DNA of 64,000 nucleotides from Candidatus Fokinia solitaria. Lineage in GTDB: Bacteria > Pseudomonadota > Alphaproteobacteria > Rickettsiales > Midichloriaceae. Position numbers and translations under genes: made by a program. The first letter of the stretch is position 1. Each line of letters starts with the position of its first letter. The stretch spans positions 3,272 to 67,271 of the forward strand of contig CALPOD020000004.1 in assembly GCA_943325105.2 (NCBI GenBank), read 5' to 3'. This document shows positions 19,383 to 29,723 of this stretch, piece after piece. The notes under the pieces are model-generated. The model had not been told where the DNA came from. It saw only the letters and a list, made by a program, of their open reading frames with translations, and ran no database searches.

Positions 19383-19733
19383 CTATTTATTACCAGAGGT
19401 AGCTTCAGAATTAGATTCTTCTATCTTTGTACTTTCTTCTTCTGTTGATGGTGTGATGGAGCTAAGTGCATAACGACACAATTCTTCAAATGGTACCCCA
19501 TTCTCTATCGAAAGCTTTTGGAGTTTTTCAAGACTTTCAAAAACACTCTGAGGAATAACTCCACCTCTAACATCTTGTATGAATTTAGATTGGAAATGGA
19601 TAGGATTATGTTTAGATTCTGGCTCCCCTATAAAAACAGCAACTTCAGATACCTGTCCATTAAATGCACATGGTATGTTGAATTTTGTAACATGTCTAGG
19701 CTTTAGCTCTTTACCGGCAACTTTATCAGACAT
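19383..19733 (-). CDS. conserved hypothetical protein (possibly DUF2610-like)
   Basis: 116-aa ORF. The FNIPCAFNG...VFIGEPESKHNPIHFQSKFIQDVRGGVIPQSVFESLEKLQKLSIENGVPFEELCRYAL pattern resembles, from memory only, a small protein family conserved in proteobacteria. Confidence 0.45.
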   Translation of the reverse strand: MSDKVAGKELKPRHVTKFNIPCAFNGQVSEVAVFIGEPESKHNPIHFQSKFIQDVRGGVIPQSVFESLEKLQKLSIENGVPFEELCRYALSSITPSTEEESTKIEESNSEATSGNK

Positions 19734-19778
19734 AATATTGCATAAAAATGTGTTCGACAGTGAATTATACTATGGAAA

Positions 19779-21113
19779 TTAACTTGCTGTCAATGCTGTT
19801 GTTTGACTATAACTAATACCCAAGTTTTTCATAATCTCTTTTTGATTTGGAACTATTTTTTTGATTAGATCTCTTTTTTCCTTGTCCATTTTATTATATT
19901 GATTGTTATTCTGCAAATGTTTGTTTTGTATACCTATCAAGTCTTTTTCAATTCCTTCGCTCACAGATTCTTTAAGATCCTTTGCTGTACCTTGTCTAAT
20001 TGGAGCAATAAAGTAATTCCATGCATCATTGCTTGAAATACCAGTTCCTCCAACATTTGATATCGCATTTGCTAATAGTTCATCTTGAGTAAGCCACGCT
20101 TCTCTTTTAACAACAGGTGCAATGTGATTAAATAATCCAACACTTAGTGCTGAACATGCAACTAAACCAACAATAGCACCAATAACTGTAACTGAAGCAA
20201 ATGCAGCAATTGATGGTACAACTAGTGCTCCAGCACAAGTAGCTGCAACTAAACCAGAAACAATGCAAGCAGTAATAACTAAAAGTCTTTTTGCCGAGGT
20301 ATAATAAGCCTCATGAGTATGTTTATGACTCGTTAATTTATGTTCTTTAAATTCTATTTGCCCTCCATGTTCTTTATCACCCATAATAGCAAATAATGCT
20401 CCTAGCTTTTTTGGATCTGATTTTAAAAGACTTAACGTTGTAAGTTGTATATTATCATCATCAAATGCCTCTGTTGCAACACGAAAACTTTTCTTCTCTT
20501 CTTTTAAGCCTATTGATGTTTTCAACTCATCAATTCTGGTAAAAATACCATCTTTGATATTAAAATCTTCTGCATTCAAAGTTTTAGGAATTACACTATC
20601 TAAAATACCTTCTATATTAAGTGCAGCTAATCCTGCTTGTGCCCTTGATACTAACCCTTTTTCTTTATAATATTGATCATAAATCTTTTCATACTCAGTT
20701 TCTGGACCGAATAGACTGTTTAAAACCTTTGTCTTCTCTTCACTTTTTGTGAGGTTTTCACTCTTAGCAAGTATTTCAACTGCTTCTACTTTAAATCTCT
20801 CTAAGATAGCTGCATTTGTTATCACTTCTGCATAATCATCTTCTGCAAAGATTTGTTTGTCAAACTTTAACAATTCCCAATAAGCCTGTAATGAACTTTT
20901 TAATGTTTCAATCTTTCCTTCTAGATTATCGACACCCTCAGAACCTGCTTGATCTTGTTGTCCTTCTGCCTTAGAAGATAAATGCTTTAGTTGTTCAGCA
21001 AATGATTTAATTCCTTCACCAGGAACAGCATATATACTTGCTAATATTAATTTCGGATCTGTTTCTAATTCTTCCATTGATTTTTCGTTTTCCATTTTGC
21101 TTTGCCAAATCAT
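19779..21113 (-). CDS. hypothetical membrane protein with a central bilobed hydrophobic segment
   Basis: 444-aa ORF. The ~275 N-terminal residues are charged and helical. Residues 277-328 (nt 20130..20285) form an uninterrupted hydrophobic block, LLVITACIVSGLVAATCAGALVVPSIAAFASVTVIGAIVGLVACSALSVGLF. The C-terminal ~115 aa are polar. Confidence 0.55.
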   Translation of the reverse strand: MIWQSKMENEKSMEELETDPKLILASIYAVPGEGIKSFAEQLKHLSSKAEGQQDQAGSEGVDNLEGKIETLKSSLQAYWELLKFDKQIFAEDDYAEVITNAAILERFKVEAVEILAKSENLTKSEEKTKVLNSLFGPETEYEKIYDQYYKEKGLVSRAQAGLAALNIEGILDSVIPKTLNAEDFNIKDGIFTRIDELKTSIGLKEEKKSFRVATEAFDDDNIQLTTLSLLKSDPKKLGALFAIMGDKEHGGQIEFKEHKLTSHKHTHEAYYTSAKRLLVITACIVSGLVAATCAGALVVPSIAAFASVTVIGAIVGLVACSALSVGLFNHIAPVVKREAWLTQDELLANAISNVGGTGISSNDAWNYFIAPIRQGTAKDLKESVSEGIEKDLIGIQNKHLQNNNQYNKMDKEKRDLIKKIVPNQKEIMKNLGISYSQTTALTAS

Positions 21114-21269
21114 TAATTTTTCCCTCCAGAAAATTATTTTATTATTTTAATTATAACACTTTTTGACTATCCATAATAGAATAATTTAAAATTCATAAGA
21201 AAATATTTTCAATTTTTTCTCTTTTAATGTATTTCTAGTTTTAAAGTTAAAATCATTACAAAAAAATTA

Positions 21270-22733
21270 ATGACAAGCAATCTTATAGATTTATCAATTG
21301 TAGAAGCAACAAAATTAATTCAAGATAGAAAAATATCATGTGTTGAACTTACAAAAGCATATATAGAAGCAGCTGAAAATGACAATCTAAATGCATTTAT
21401 AATAACAACTCCAGAGCTAGCAATTGAACAAGCAAAAAAATGTGATGAGAGGGTGAAAAACAACACAGCAGGCATCATAGAAGGAATTCCAATAGGTATT
21501 AAAGATATATTTTGCACCAAAGGAATTCAGACAACTAGTGGATCAAAAATGCTAAAAGGATTTGTCCCGCAATATGAATCAACTGTCACTTCTCTATTAT
21601 ATGCAAATGGAGGTGTCTGTATAGGTAAAACAAATATGGATGAGTTTGCTATGGGATCAGCTAATATTACAAGTCATTACGGAAATACACTTAATCCGTG
21701 GCGTTCTAAATCTAATCCAGAGAATCCATTAGTACCTGGTGGCTCATCTGGTGGATCTGCTGCTGCTGTTGCAGGTAAGATGTGTATGGCGTCCCTTGGG
21801 AGTGATACAGGTGGCTCAATCAGACAACCAGCAGCATTTTGCGGCATAGTAGGAATTAAACCAACTTATGGAAGATGTTCTCGTTTTGGCATGGTTGCAT
21901 TCTCAAGCTCATTAGATCAAGCAGGTGCATTTGGAAGATCTGTTCATGATACAACTTTAGTTTTACAGGCTATTTGTGGATATGATGCAAAAGATTCAAC
22001 ATCTGAAAACGTTTCAACACCAGATTGGTCTAGTACTATTAATAAAGGTATTAAAGGAATGAAAATTGGCATCCCAAAAGAATATATAGTGGATGGCATT
22101 AGTAATGATATTATGGCTTCTTGGGAACAAGGTAAGCAATGGCTTAGAGACAATGGTGCTGAAATTATTGATATAAGTTTACCAAATACAAAGCACGCAT
22201 TGCCTGTATATTATACAATCGCTCCAGCAGAAGCTTCATCTAATCTTGCAAGGTATGATGGTGTGAAATATGGATTGCGTATGGTACGTGAAGGACAAAG
22301 CATTTATGATATGATTTCAGAAACAAGAGCAGAAGGATTTGGACATGAAGTAAAAAGAAGATTACTCATAGGTACATATGTACTCTCAGCCGCTGCATAT
22401 GGAGCTTACTACATAAAAGCACAGCAAATCAGAAGGCTTATCTATAATGATTTTGTAAAGGCATTTAATTCCGTGGATGCAATCTTGACACCTACTACTC
22501 CTTCAACAGCATTTGGCATTAATGAAAAACAAACTGATCCAGTACAAATGTATCTGAATGATATCTTTACAATTCCAGCAAGTTTAGCAGGCCTTCCAAC
22601 AATATCAGTACCTACAACTCTTACTGATGGTTTGCCACTGGGATTGCAAGTAATAGGGAAGCATTTTGATGAAGAAACAGTAATACGTGTTGGGCGCACT
22701 CTTGAGGTCGCAGCTAATTTTAAATGTTTATGA
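21270..22733 (+). CDS. gatA: Glu-tRNA(Gln)/Asp-tRNA(Asn) amidotransferase subunit A
   Basis: Amidase signature GGSSGGSAAAVAG...GSDTGGSIRQPA. 487 aa. Confidence 0.95.
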   Translation: MTSNLIDLSIVEATKLIQDRKISCVELTKAYIEAAENDNLNAFIITTPELAIEQAKKCDERVKNNTAGIIEGIPIGIKDIFCTKGIQTTSGSKMLKGFVPQYESTVTSLLYANGGVCIGKTNMDEFAMGSANITSHYGNTLNPWRSKSNPENPLVPGGSSGGSAAAVAGKMCMASLGSDTGGSIRQPAAFCGIVGIKPTYGRCSRFGMVAFSSSLDQAGAFGRSVHDTTLVLQAICGYDAKDSTSENVSTPDWSSTINKGIKGMKIGIPKEYIVDGISNDIMASWEQGKQWLRDNGAEIIDISLPNTKHALPVYYTIAPAEASSNLARYDGVKYGLRMVREGQSIYDMISETRAEGFGHEVKRRLLIGTYVLSAAAYGAYYIKAQQIRRLIYNDFVKAFNSVDAILTPTTPSTAFGINEKQTDPVQMYLNDIFTIPASLAGLPTISVPTTLTDGLPLGLQVIGKHFDEETVIRVGRTLEVAANFKCL

Positions 22734-23369
22734 CTTAATTTTATAAAATCTTTCAACTAGACTATATAGGACACTAAGCAAAACTGTGAGAATGTAATAA
22801 CAAGCAGCAGCAGTGATTAATGGTCCGAAATAGTCATATTTCTCGGCAGTAACTAGTTGCGCTCTTCTCATTAAATCAGGGATACCAACTATACCAATTA
22901 TTGCTGTCTCTTTTATTAAGCTTGTCATTTCATTAACTATCGCTGGTGAAATATTTCTGATAGCTTGTGGTAAAACTATATCTAACAATATGTCTCTTTT
23001 GCTTATTCCTAAAACCTTTGCAGCCTCTGTCTGACCTTTATCTATTCCAAGAATACCAGCCCTTATTATTTCAGCTACATAAGCGCTTGAGTTGATTGCA
23101 AAAGTTATCACACCAGCAAAAAATGCTGATGTCTTTATGCCTGTTAATTTTGGGAAAACAAAATACCATATGCTCAGTTGCAATAAAACAGGAGTCCCCC
23201 TTATAACTGAAATATATATTTTAGATAATATAACCAAGATTTTAGATTTTGACATGCGCATCACAGCAATAGGCAATCCAAGTAAAAAACCTAGAATTAA
23301 TGCAAATATTGTGTATTCAAGAGTTGTGAAAACACCATTTACAATAAAGATAAAATCTTTAAAATCCAT
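22728..23369 (-). CDS. amino-acid ABC transporter permease (His/Glu/Gln/Arg family)
   Basis: 213 aa with the EAA-loop region GQTEAAKVLGISKRDILLDIVLPQAIRN and five hydrophobic segments. Confidence 0.85.
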   Translation of the reverse strand: MDFKDFIFIVNGVFTTLEYTIFALILGFLLGLPIAVMRMSKSKILVILSKIYISVIRGTPVLLQLSIWYFVFPKLTGIKTSAFFAGVITFAINSSAYVAEIIRAGILGIDKGQTEAAKVLGISKRDILLDIVLPQAIRNISPAIVNEMTSLIKETAIIGIVGIPDLMRRAQLVTAEKYDYFGPLITAAACYYILTVLLSVLYSLVERFYKIKS

Positions 23370-23420
23370 TAAGATTTGATATAGAGTTTGAAAACACCTA
23401 TATTTAGCATATGTATTTTT

Positions 23421-24683
23421 TTATACAACAATTTTTGAACCATTAATTGATTTTATAATATGTTTATTTATAGATCCAATTGTATTATTTTGCTCACTAA
23501 TCTCTACCATACAGAAATCTTCACATCTCCCTAAGCCTTCACTTTCAACTAAAACGCTGATTTCCTTACCTATTTTTGATGTTATATGTTTTTTTGTCAA
23601 AAAATCTCCAAGAATTCTTAACTTTGCTGCTCTTTCTTTTCTGATCTTCTTTTCGACCTGTGGCATTCTAGCTGCTGGAGTACCTTCTCGTTCAGAATAT
23701 GGGAATATATGTAAATGTATTATCTTTTCAATTTCATTTAGGAGATCATATGTATTTTGAAACATTTCATCTGTTTCAGTTGGGAAACCAGCTATAATAT
23801 CAGCTCCAAATACAACTTCAGGTCTAAATTTCATTACTTGTTGACAAAAATCAATTACTTGTTCTCTAGAATGTCTTCTTTTCATTCTCTTAAGAATCAT
23901 ATTATCTCCTGACTGCAAACTTAGATGTAGATGTGGCATGAATCTTGGTTCATTAACAATAAGATCCATTAGATCATTATCAACTTCAGCAACATCTATT
24001 GACGATAATCTTATTCTTGGGAGTTCTGGAAGATATTTCAAGAGTCTTTTTACAAGTTGCCCAAGAGATGGTTTACCAGGTAAATCCAATCCATAGTCAG
24101 TTATATCAACCCCTGTTATTACAAGCTCCTTATAACCATTATCTACGAGGTTTTTAGCTTGATCAAAAATTTCTTTAAATGGAGTGCTCCGACTATTACC
24201 TCTACCATATGGTATTATACAGAAAGTACATCTATGGTTGCAACCTGCCTGGACTTGTAAATACCCTCTAACCTTTCCATCAAACCTCTCAACGATAGCA
24301 CTTTGTAGTGATGTTTCCTCCATTATATCACTGACAAGCCTTTCAACTTTATCTTGATTGTTTTTTATTGACTTGCTTACATTTGCATAAGCAACATCTT
24401 GTAATTTTTCAACATTACCAATAACAGAATATACTTCAGACATTTCATCATACTTAGTTGGATTAACCTGTACTGCACATCCTGTCACAATAATCTTTTT
24501 CTCCGGATTATTCTTTTTAAGCTTTCTGATCTCTTGTCTGAGCTGCCTCTCCGCTTCACTAGTAACCGCACAGCTATTGATTATAAAGACATCACTTAAT
24601 CCGTTTTCTGATGCTTTATTTTTGATTACTTCACTCTCATAAGTATTTAGCCTACACCCAAAAGTTATAACTTCTATAGTCAT
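23421..24683 (-). CDS. mtaB: tRNA methylthiotransferase, MtaB-like (radical SAM)
   Basis: UPF0004 N-terminal domain (TFGCRLNTYESE), radical-SAM CNHRCTFCIIP, and a C-terminal TRAM-like domain. Confidence 0.85.
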   Translation of the reverse strand: MTIEVITFGCRLNTYESEVIKNKASENGLSDVFIINSCAVTSEAERQLRQEIRKLKKNNPEKKIIVTGCAVQVNPTKYDEMSEVYSVIGNVEKLQDVAYANVSKSIKNNQDKVERLVSDIMEETSLQSAIVERFDGKVRGYLQVQAGCNHRCTFCIIPYGRGNSRSTPFKEIFDQAKNLVDNGYKELVITGVDITDYGLDLPGKPSLGQLVKRLLKYLPELPRIRLSSIDVAEVDNDLMDLIVNEPRFMPHLHLSLQSGDNMILKRMKRRHSREQVIDFCQQVMKFRPEVVFGADIIAGFPTETDEMFQNTYDLLNEIEKIIHLHIFPYSEREGTPAARMPQVEKKIRKERAAKLRILGDFLTKKHITSKIGKEISVLVESEGLGRCEDFCMVEISEQNNTIGSINKHIIKSINGSKIVV

Positions 24684-24828
24684 TTATTGTTTTTCTTTCT
24701 AATCTATCAAACTTTTTGAAAAATTCTAATTTTTATAAATTTTTAATAATATTTTTAAAATTTTAACAAATTTGTAATATTTCCAGTGTAATGTTTACAC
24801 TTAAGAACAAAATAAAACATAAAACAAA

Positions 24829-27093
24829 ATGCAGAATAAATTTCTATTTAAAACAGGAACGTCACTCTTGTCACAATTTTTTAACTATAAAGCAGCACAA
24901 CAAGAGTTTAAGAATCCAATACTGAACGCACTACAAATGGGTATCATGATGAGTGGTACTGCAGATTTGTTTAATCAAAGAAAACCTTGGGAAGACGAAC
25001 TTAAAAAACCATTTTTATATGCTTTTACAATAGGAATGGATGATTTTCTTATAAACAGCGGATGGACAAATAAACACCATCTAACAAATATTGCTTCTGC
25101 AGTTGATTTTTCTGATCATTTAAAGGAAAGTTTAATGATGGAGAATGCTAATAAAGCTTACATGTTACATGCTGCATTTGGTGTACTAGGTTTAAAATAC
25201 TTACAAGAATATTATACTGGTAGTAAAGGTTTTATAGGTACAATGAGAGATGTTCAACTCAAACTTAACCGGAATATAGAAGAAATTGAATATACTACTG
25301 ATGGAGCTGTAAGTGCAAAAATGGCAATTACAACTCAAGTAGTGATAAATACACTTATAGATTCAGAAGCTTTGCAATTACCTAAAGAATTTGCAGTCTA
25401 TAAAAATTCTGTTGTCAAGCCTTTAATAAATGGTTCCATAGCAGTACTTTTAGGAGCGAGTGGTTTCCAGCGCATAAAAGATAAGAATCAAGAGATATTA
25501 AAATCACCAATGTCATTGCTTAAGATATCATCAGAAAGCAAACACTCACAAACATTACAAGATTTGGATAAAATATCTGTTGAAAGCAGTGATACATTAT
25601 TAAGTTCAATGATGATCAATGGTGGATTGATAGGAATTAATGAAGCATTCAATTCAAGTAAGGGATTATTCCCAGTTTCTAATTTAATGAGCTTTGCTGG
25701 TGAAATATATCAGAGAGCAAATTATGTTGATAAAATTGCACAATTACAAAAATATACAATTGCTGGATCTAAGATCAAGACTGGATTAATAAATAGCCCA
25801 AGAACAATAATTGAACGAGATGGGTTAGGATATTTTTCACATAAAAGTTCAGATCTTGATGAAAAACAAAAACAGATTATTGAGTCTATAGAATCAGATA
25901 AATTAAAAGCTACTGGCATGTATCTTTTATCTTTTGTAAAAAACATGTTTTTAGGATCTTTGAACATGAATAGTACAGGAGATAATCTCGCACAAATATT
26001 GGAGCATTATGTAGCAATGACCCACTTAGATACATCTATTATGAATCTATCTACTGTGATACAAAATGAACCAAGTTTAAGAAGTTTATCTTCTCTATAT
26101 AAATTTTTAGAGACAGTAAAAAACACCTCTTACGTTACATATCAAAATCATGATTATGAAAGTTTGAAAGGTTTGTATCTAAAGAATTTAGATATTAGAA
26201 TCAATGGGATTGATAAGCTTCATATGGATGATTTATTCTTAGAGAGTGGGAATTGGTACTTACTTACAGGTAAGAGTGGTTGCGGTAAAACAACTCTCAT
26301 TAGTACGTTGCGTGGACTACCTAACTTTGCAGAAGCAATAGAAATAACTGGTGATGCATTTTATCCAAAAACAACATCAGATGGAAAGCCACAGATATAT
26401 ATGTTGACTCAAAACAACAACTTCCCGTACATGGTGAGCATTATGGAAGCAATCTTATATCCTATGATCACAACAGAAACAGAAAGAGTTTCTTACAAAG
26501 GACTTGTAGAAGAAATAATGTTGAAGATGGATGGTATAACTAGAGATTCAGAAGATGGAAAGGAATACTTAGAATCAGGATTGCTATCTCGTCTATTTGA
26601 AATAGAAAATGATATCTATTCTGTTACAAGTGGTGGACAGCAAAAGAAAATGTCTCTAACTGGATTGATAGTGAGAATAATGAAGGAAACAGGTATGTTA
26701 GATATATATAATGTAAAAATATCTGGAGGATCAACACATGATGAAGCTATGAAGGTTGCAAAAGACTCAGTTGGCCCGGTGTTAATATTAATAGATGAAG
26801 TATTTAATGGATTAGATTCAGGTATGAGTTCAGCTGGCTTTGCATCAAGCTCAAAAGGCTATGTTATGCAGACATTAAAAGATTCATTGCCTACTAAAGC
26901 AATTGTTGTTTCTGTTGAACACCAAGCACAACTAGATCAATATGATCACAGAATACATTTGAATGGCGATGGTTCTCATAACTTTACAGATCCTAAAACA
27001 GGCTACGTAGAACCTATGAATACTTTCGATACAGATGCTTTACAAGCAGAATCTTTTGATCCTTTCGCAGAAATTATGTCTGCTGATGCTTAA
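24829..27093 (+). CDS. unusual ABC-type ATPase fusion: an unrecognised ~470-aa N-terminal region plus an ABCD/SbmA-like nucleotide-binding domain
   Basis: Walker [10 protein letters not shown] (nt ~26269-26292), Q-loop [10 protein letters not shown], signature [11 protein letters not shown] (nt ~26629), Walker B VLILIDE (nt ~26782-26799), H-loop VSVEHQ. There are 57 aa from SGGQ to DE, against about 25 in ordinary ABC domains. Confidence 0.7.
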   Translation: MQNKFLFKTGTSLLSQFFNYKAAQQEFKNPILNALQMGIMMSGTADLFNQRKPWEDELKKPFLYAFTIGMDDFLINSGWTNKHHLTNIASAVDFSDHLKESLMMENANKAYMLHAAFGVLGLKYLQEYYTGSKGFIGTMRDVQLKLNRNIEEIEYTTDGAVSAKMAITTQVVINTLIDSEALQLPKEFAVYKNSVVKPLINGSIAVLLGASGFQRIKDKNQEILKSPMSLLKISSESKHSQTLQDLDKISVESSDTLLSSMMINGGLIGINEAFNSSKGLFPVSNLMSFAGEIYQRANYVDKIAQLQKYTIAGSKIKTGLINSPRTIIERDGLGYFSHKSSDLDEKQKQIIESIESDKLKATGMYLLSFVKNMFLGSLNMNSTGDNLAQILEHYVAMTHLDTSIMNLSTVIQNEPSLRSLSSLYKFLETVKNTSYVTYQNHDYESLKGLYLKNLDIRINGIDKLHMDDLFLESGNWYLLTGKSGCGKTTLISTLRGLPNFAEAIEITGDAFYPKTTSDGKPQIYMLTQNNNFPYMVSIMEAILYPMITTETERVSYKGLVEEIMLKMDGITRDSEDGKEYLESGLLSRLFEIENDIYSVTSGGQQKKMSLTGLIVRIMKETGMLDIYNVKISGGSTHDEAMKVAKDSVGPVLILIDEVFNGLDSGMSSAGFASSSKGYVMQTLKDSLPTKAIVVSVEHQAQLDQYDHRIHLNGDGSHNFTDPKTGYVEPMNTFDTDALQAESFDPFAEIMSADA

Positions 27094-28279
27094 AAAAATA
27101 TTTCAAACCTTCTACCAACTCTTCCAGCATATCTTGTGTATGCAGGGGGGTTGGTGTCACTCTCAACCTCTCTCTACCCTTCGGAACAGTTGGAAAGTTA
27201 ATGTTTTGAACATATATATTGAACTTTTCTAATAATCCAACTGAAATATTCCTTGATAGCTCAGCATCTCCTATCAAAACTGGAATGATATGGGTATTAT
27301 TATTGATAATTTCTATGTTAGATTCTAACAATCTTGACTTTGTTTTTCTTACAATTTCTTGATGTCTTAATCTTTCAGCACTACTACTTCTTAGATGCTT
27401 TATACTTGCTGTTGCTGCTGCAGCAATACATGGTGGTAAGGTAGTCGTAAATATAAATCCAGGTGCAATGCTTCTTATTGCATCAACTACTTCGTTTTTT
27501 CCAGCAATATAACCACCTACGGCTCCATATGCCTTACCTAATGTGCCTTGGATTATATCTATATCTTTATCACAGTCATATACAGCTGCCATTCCTTGTC
27601 CTTCATCACCATACATACCAACTGCATGAACTTCATCAACATAAGTCATTGCATTGTATTCTTTAGCCAATTCAATTATCTCCCTGAATGGAGCTACAGT
27701 TCCACTCATTGAATATACAGATTCAAATATTATTAATTTAGGTTTATTCAGCGGATATTTTGTGATTAATTCTCTGAGATGATTCGTATCATTATGTCTG
27801 AATATCTCTTTCTGTAGTTTGCTCTCTCTTATTCCATGAATGATTGAGGCATGGTTATCTGAATCAGAAAAAATCACACAGTCAGGTATTATTTTACCTA
27901 TTGCACTAATTGTAGACTGATTTGCAATATATCCTGATGTAAAAACCAGAGCTTTTTCTTTCTTATGTAAGTCTGCTAATTCTTTTTCAAGTTCATCAAC
28001 AGCACAATGGGTTCCAGATATATTTCTAGTACCACCAGCACTAACACCTACATTCTGAGCTGTATCACAAAGTGATTTGATGACATCAGGATGCTGACTC
28101 ATTCCAAGATAATTATTGCTACACCAAACTACAACATCTTTTTTGAGAGTAGGAGCATATGCTTTTGGAAATGAATCTTTTATATAACTTAAGGGTGTAA
28201 AAATCCTATATCTATTTTCCCCCTTGATTTTATTTACTGTATCATGAAATATATCATCATACTGTGACCATTTGTTCAT
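27074..28279 (-). CDS. hemA: 5-aminolevulinate synthase
   Basis: ALAS/AONS-family PLP enzyme: [35 protein letters not shown], and GTLGKA (PLP lysine). Confidence 0.9.
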   Translation of the reverse strand: MNKWSQYDDIFHDTVNKIKGENRYRIFTPLSYIKDSFPKAYAPTLKKDVVVWCSNNYLGMSQHPDVIKSLCDTAQNVGVSAGGTRNISGTHCAVDELEKELADLHKKEKALVFTSGYIANQSTISAIGKIIPDCVIFSDSDNHASIIHGIRESKLQKEIFRHNDTNHLRELITKYPLNKPKLIIFESVYSMSGTVAPFREIIELAKEYNAMTYVDEVHAVGMYGDEGQGMAAVYDCDKDIDIIQGTLGKAYGAVGGYIAGKNEVVDAIRSIAPGFIFTTTLPPCIAAAATASIKHLRSSSAERLRHQEIVRKTKSRLLESNIEIINNNTHIIPVLIGDAELSRNISVGLLEKFNIYVQNINFPTVPKGRERLRVTPTPLHTQDMLEELVEGLKYFFKHQQT

Positions 28280-28559
28280 TGTTTAAGTGGTGCAACTTGA
28301 TTAAAAATTTCTTATCAGGATTATTTACACGAAAAATCTTATTTTTGCACGTATTACCTTTAATTAACTCAAATGATGATTGATTAACTCTAAAATATTT
28401 AGATAAAAGTTTTACAACTGCTTTATTTGCTTTGTTTTTCTCAGCTGTCGCTGTTACTCTTACAACAATTAATAATTTATCATTTTCAAAAAAAAAATTT
28501 TCAATTATATTTAAATAACTGTGCGGAAAAACTTTTACTTTTATTAAAAGATAGGACAT
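28257..28559 (-). CDS. DUF167 (YggU) family protein
   Basis: 100 aa. IKVKVFPHS..., [42 protein letters not shown] matches the YggU pattern. Confidence 0.6.
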   Translation of the reverse strand: MSYLLIKVKVFPHSYLNIIENFFFENDKLLIVVRVTATAEKNKANKAVVKLLSKYFRVNQSSFELIKGNTCKNKIFRVNNPDKKFLIKLHHLNNEQMVTV

Positions 28560-28645
28560 TAAATTCTGTAATAGAAGTCATTCAGTTTACATGATATATT
28601 CTTTCAAAGAATTTTGTACAAATAATTTATAATCATTTTTTACAT

Positions 28646-29719
28646 ATGAAAAAACTAGCTGTGGTGATAAGTCTTCTGATAACAGCCCCAATATATGATG
28701 CTGATGCTTATTCTAGAATAAAGGATATTGTGTACTTCGAAGGGGTTAGAGAAAATGCCTTAGTTGGATATGGACTTGTAGTTGGTCTTAATGGTACAGG
28801 AGATAATTTAAGAAACTCTGCTTTTACTCAAAATACTCTTATAAATCACCTTAATAAAATGGGAGTAACAACAACAAATTTAAATGCTAACAACCTTAAT
28901 ACAAGAAATGTTGCAGCTGTGATGGTGACAGCTAGTTTACCTGCATTTGCACACCCAGGTAATTTAATGTCTGTACAAGTCAGTACAATGGGAGATTCCA
29001 AAAGTTTAAAAGGAGGGAATCTGTTAGCAACCCCTTTAGTTGGAGCTGATGGTCAAGTCTATGGCATAGCACAAGGTATTATCTCTATAGGTAATCCTGC
29101 AACATCTGATCAAACAAAGAGCAAACCTACTCCTACATCTGGATACATAGGCAATGGAGCTGTAGTTGAACAAAGTGTTGGATTTGATATGAACTCTCTT
29201 GATGAAGTGAAACTAGCTTTGAAAAACCCTGACATCACAACAGCAAGAATAGTTGCAACAGCTATTAATTCACAACTTCGTGATGAATTTGCTCAGGCAA
29301 AAGATCCTGGGACTGTTGTTATAAGAGTCCCTTTGGAATATAAAAATAATGTAGTAGGGTTTTTAGCTGAAATAGAAGCATTAAGTGTTGTCCCTGATAT
29401 AGTTGCTAAAATTGTTATAGATGAGGCTACTGGGACGGTAGTGATAGGTGAAAATGTTAGAATTAGTAATGTTGCAGTATCGCAAGGTAACTTAGTTCTT
29501 AAGGTTTCAGATACTGAAAAGCTTCAGTTTTTCTTAGATGATAATAATGAAGAGCCAAGTATACCAGGAACTAAAATTGCATCTCTTGAATCTAATGCAA
29601 CATTGAATGATCTGATTCAAGGGTTGAACACACTAGGTGTGCAGCCTCAGGATCTGATAGCAATTCTTAAGACAATCCAACAATCTGGAGCATTACAAGC
29701 AACAATAGAGGTCAAATGA
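28646..29719 (+). CDS. flgI: flagellar P-ring protein FlgI
   Basis: Signal peptide, then RIKDIVYFEGVRENALVGYGLVVGLNGTGD, GGNLLATPLVGADGQVYGIAQG, and the C-terminal LGVQPQDLIAILKTIQQSGALQATIEV. Confidence 0.93.
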   Translation: MKKLAVVISLLITAPIYDADAYSRIKDIVYFEGVRENALVGYGLVVGLNGTGDNLRNSAFTQNTLINHLNKMGVTTTNLNANNLNTRNVAAVMVTASLPAFAHPGNLMSVQVSTMGDSKSLKGGNLLATPLVGADGQVYGIAQGIISIGNPATSDQTKSKPTPTSGYIGNGAVVEQSVGFDMNSLDEVKLALKNPDITTARIVATAINSQLRDEFAQAKDPGTVVIRVPLEYKNNVVGFLAEIEALSVVPDIVAKIVIDEATGTVVIGENVRISNVAVSQGNLVLKVSDTEKLQFFLDDNNEEPSIPGTKIASLESNATLNDLIQGLNTLGVQPQDLIAILKTIQQSGALQATIEVK

Positions 29720-29723
29720 CCTT

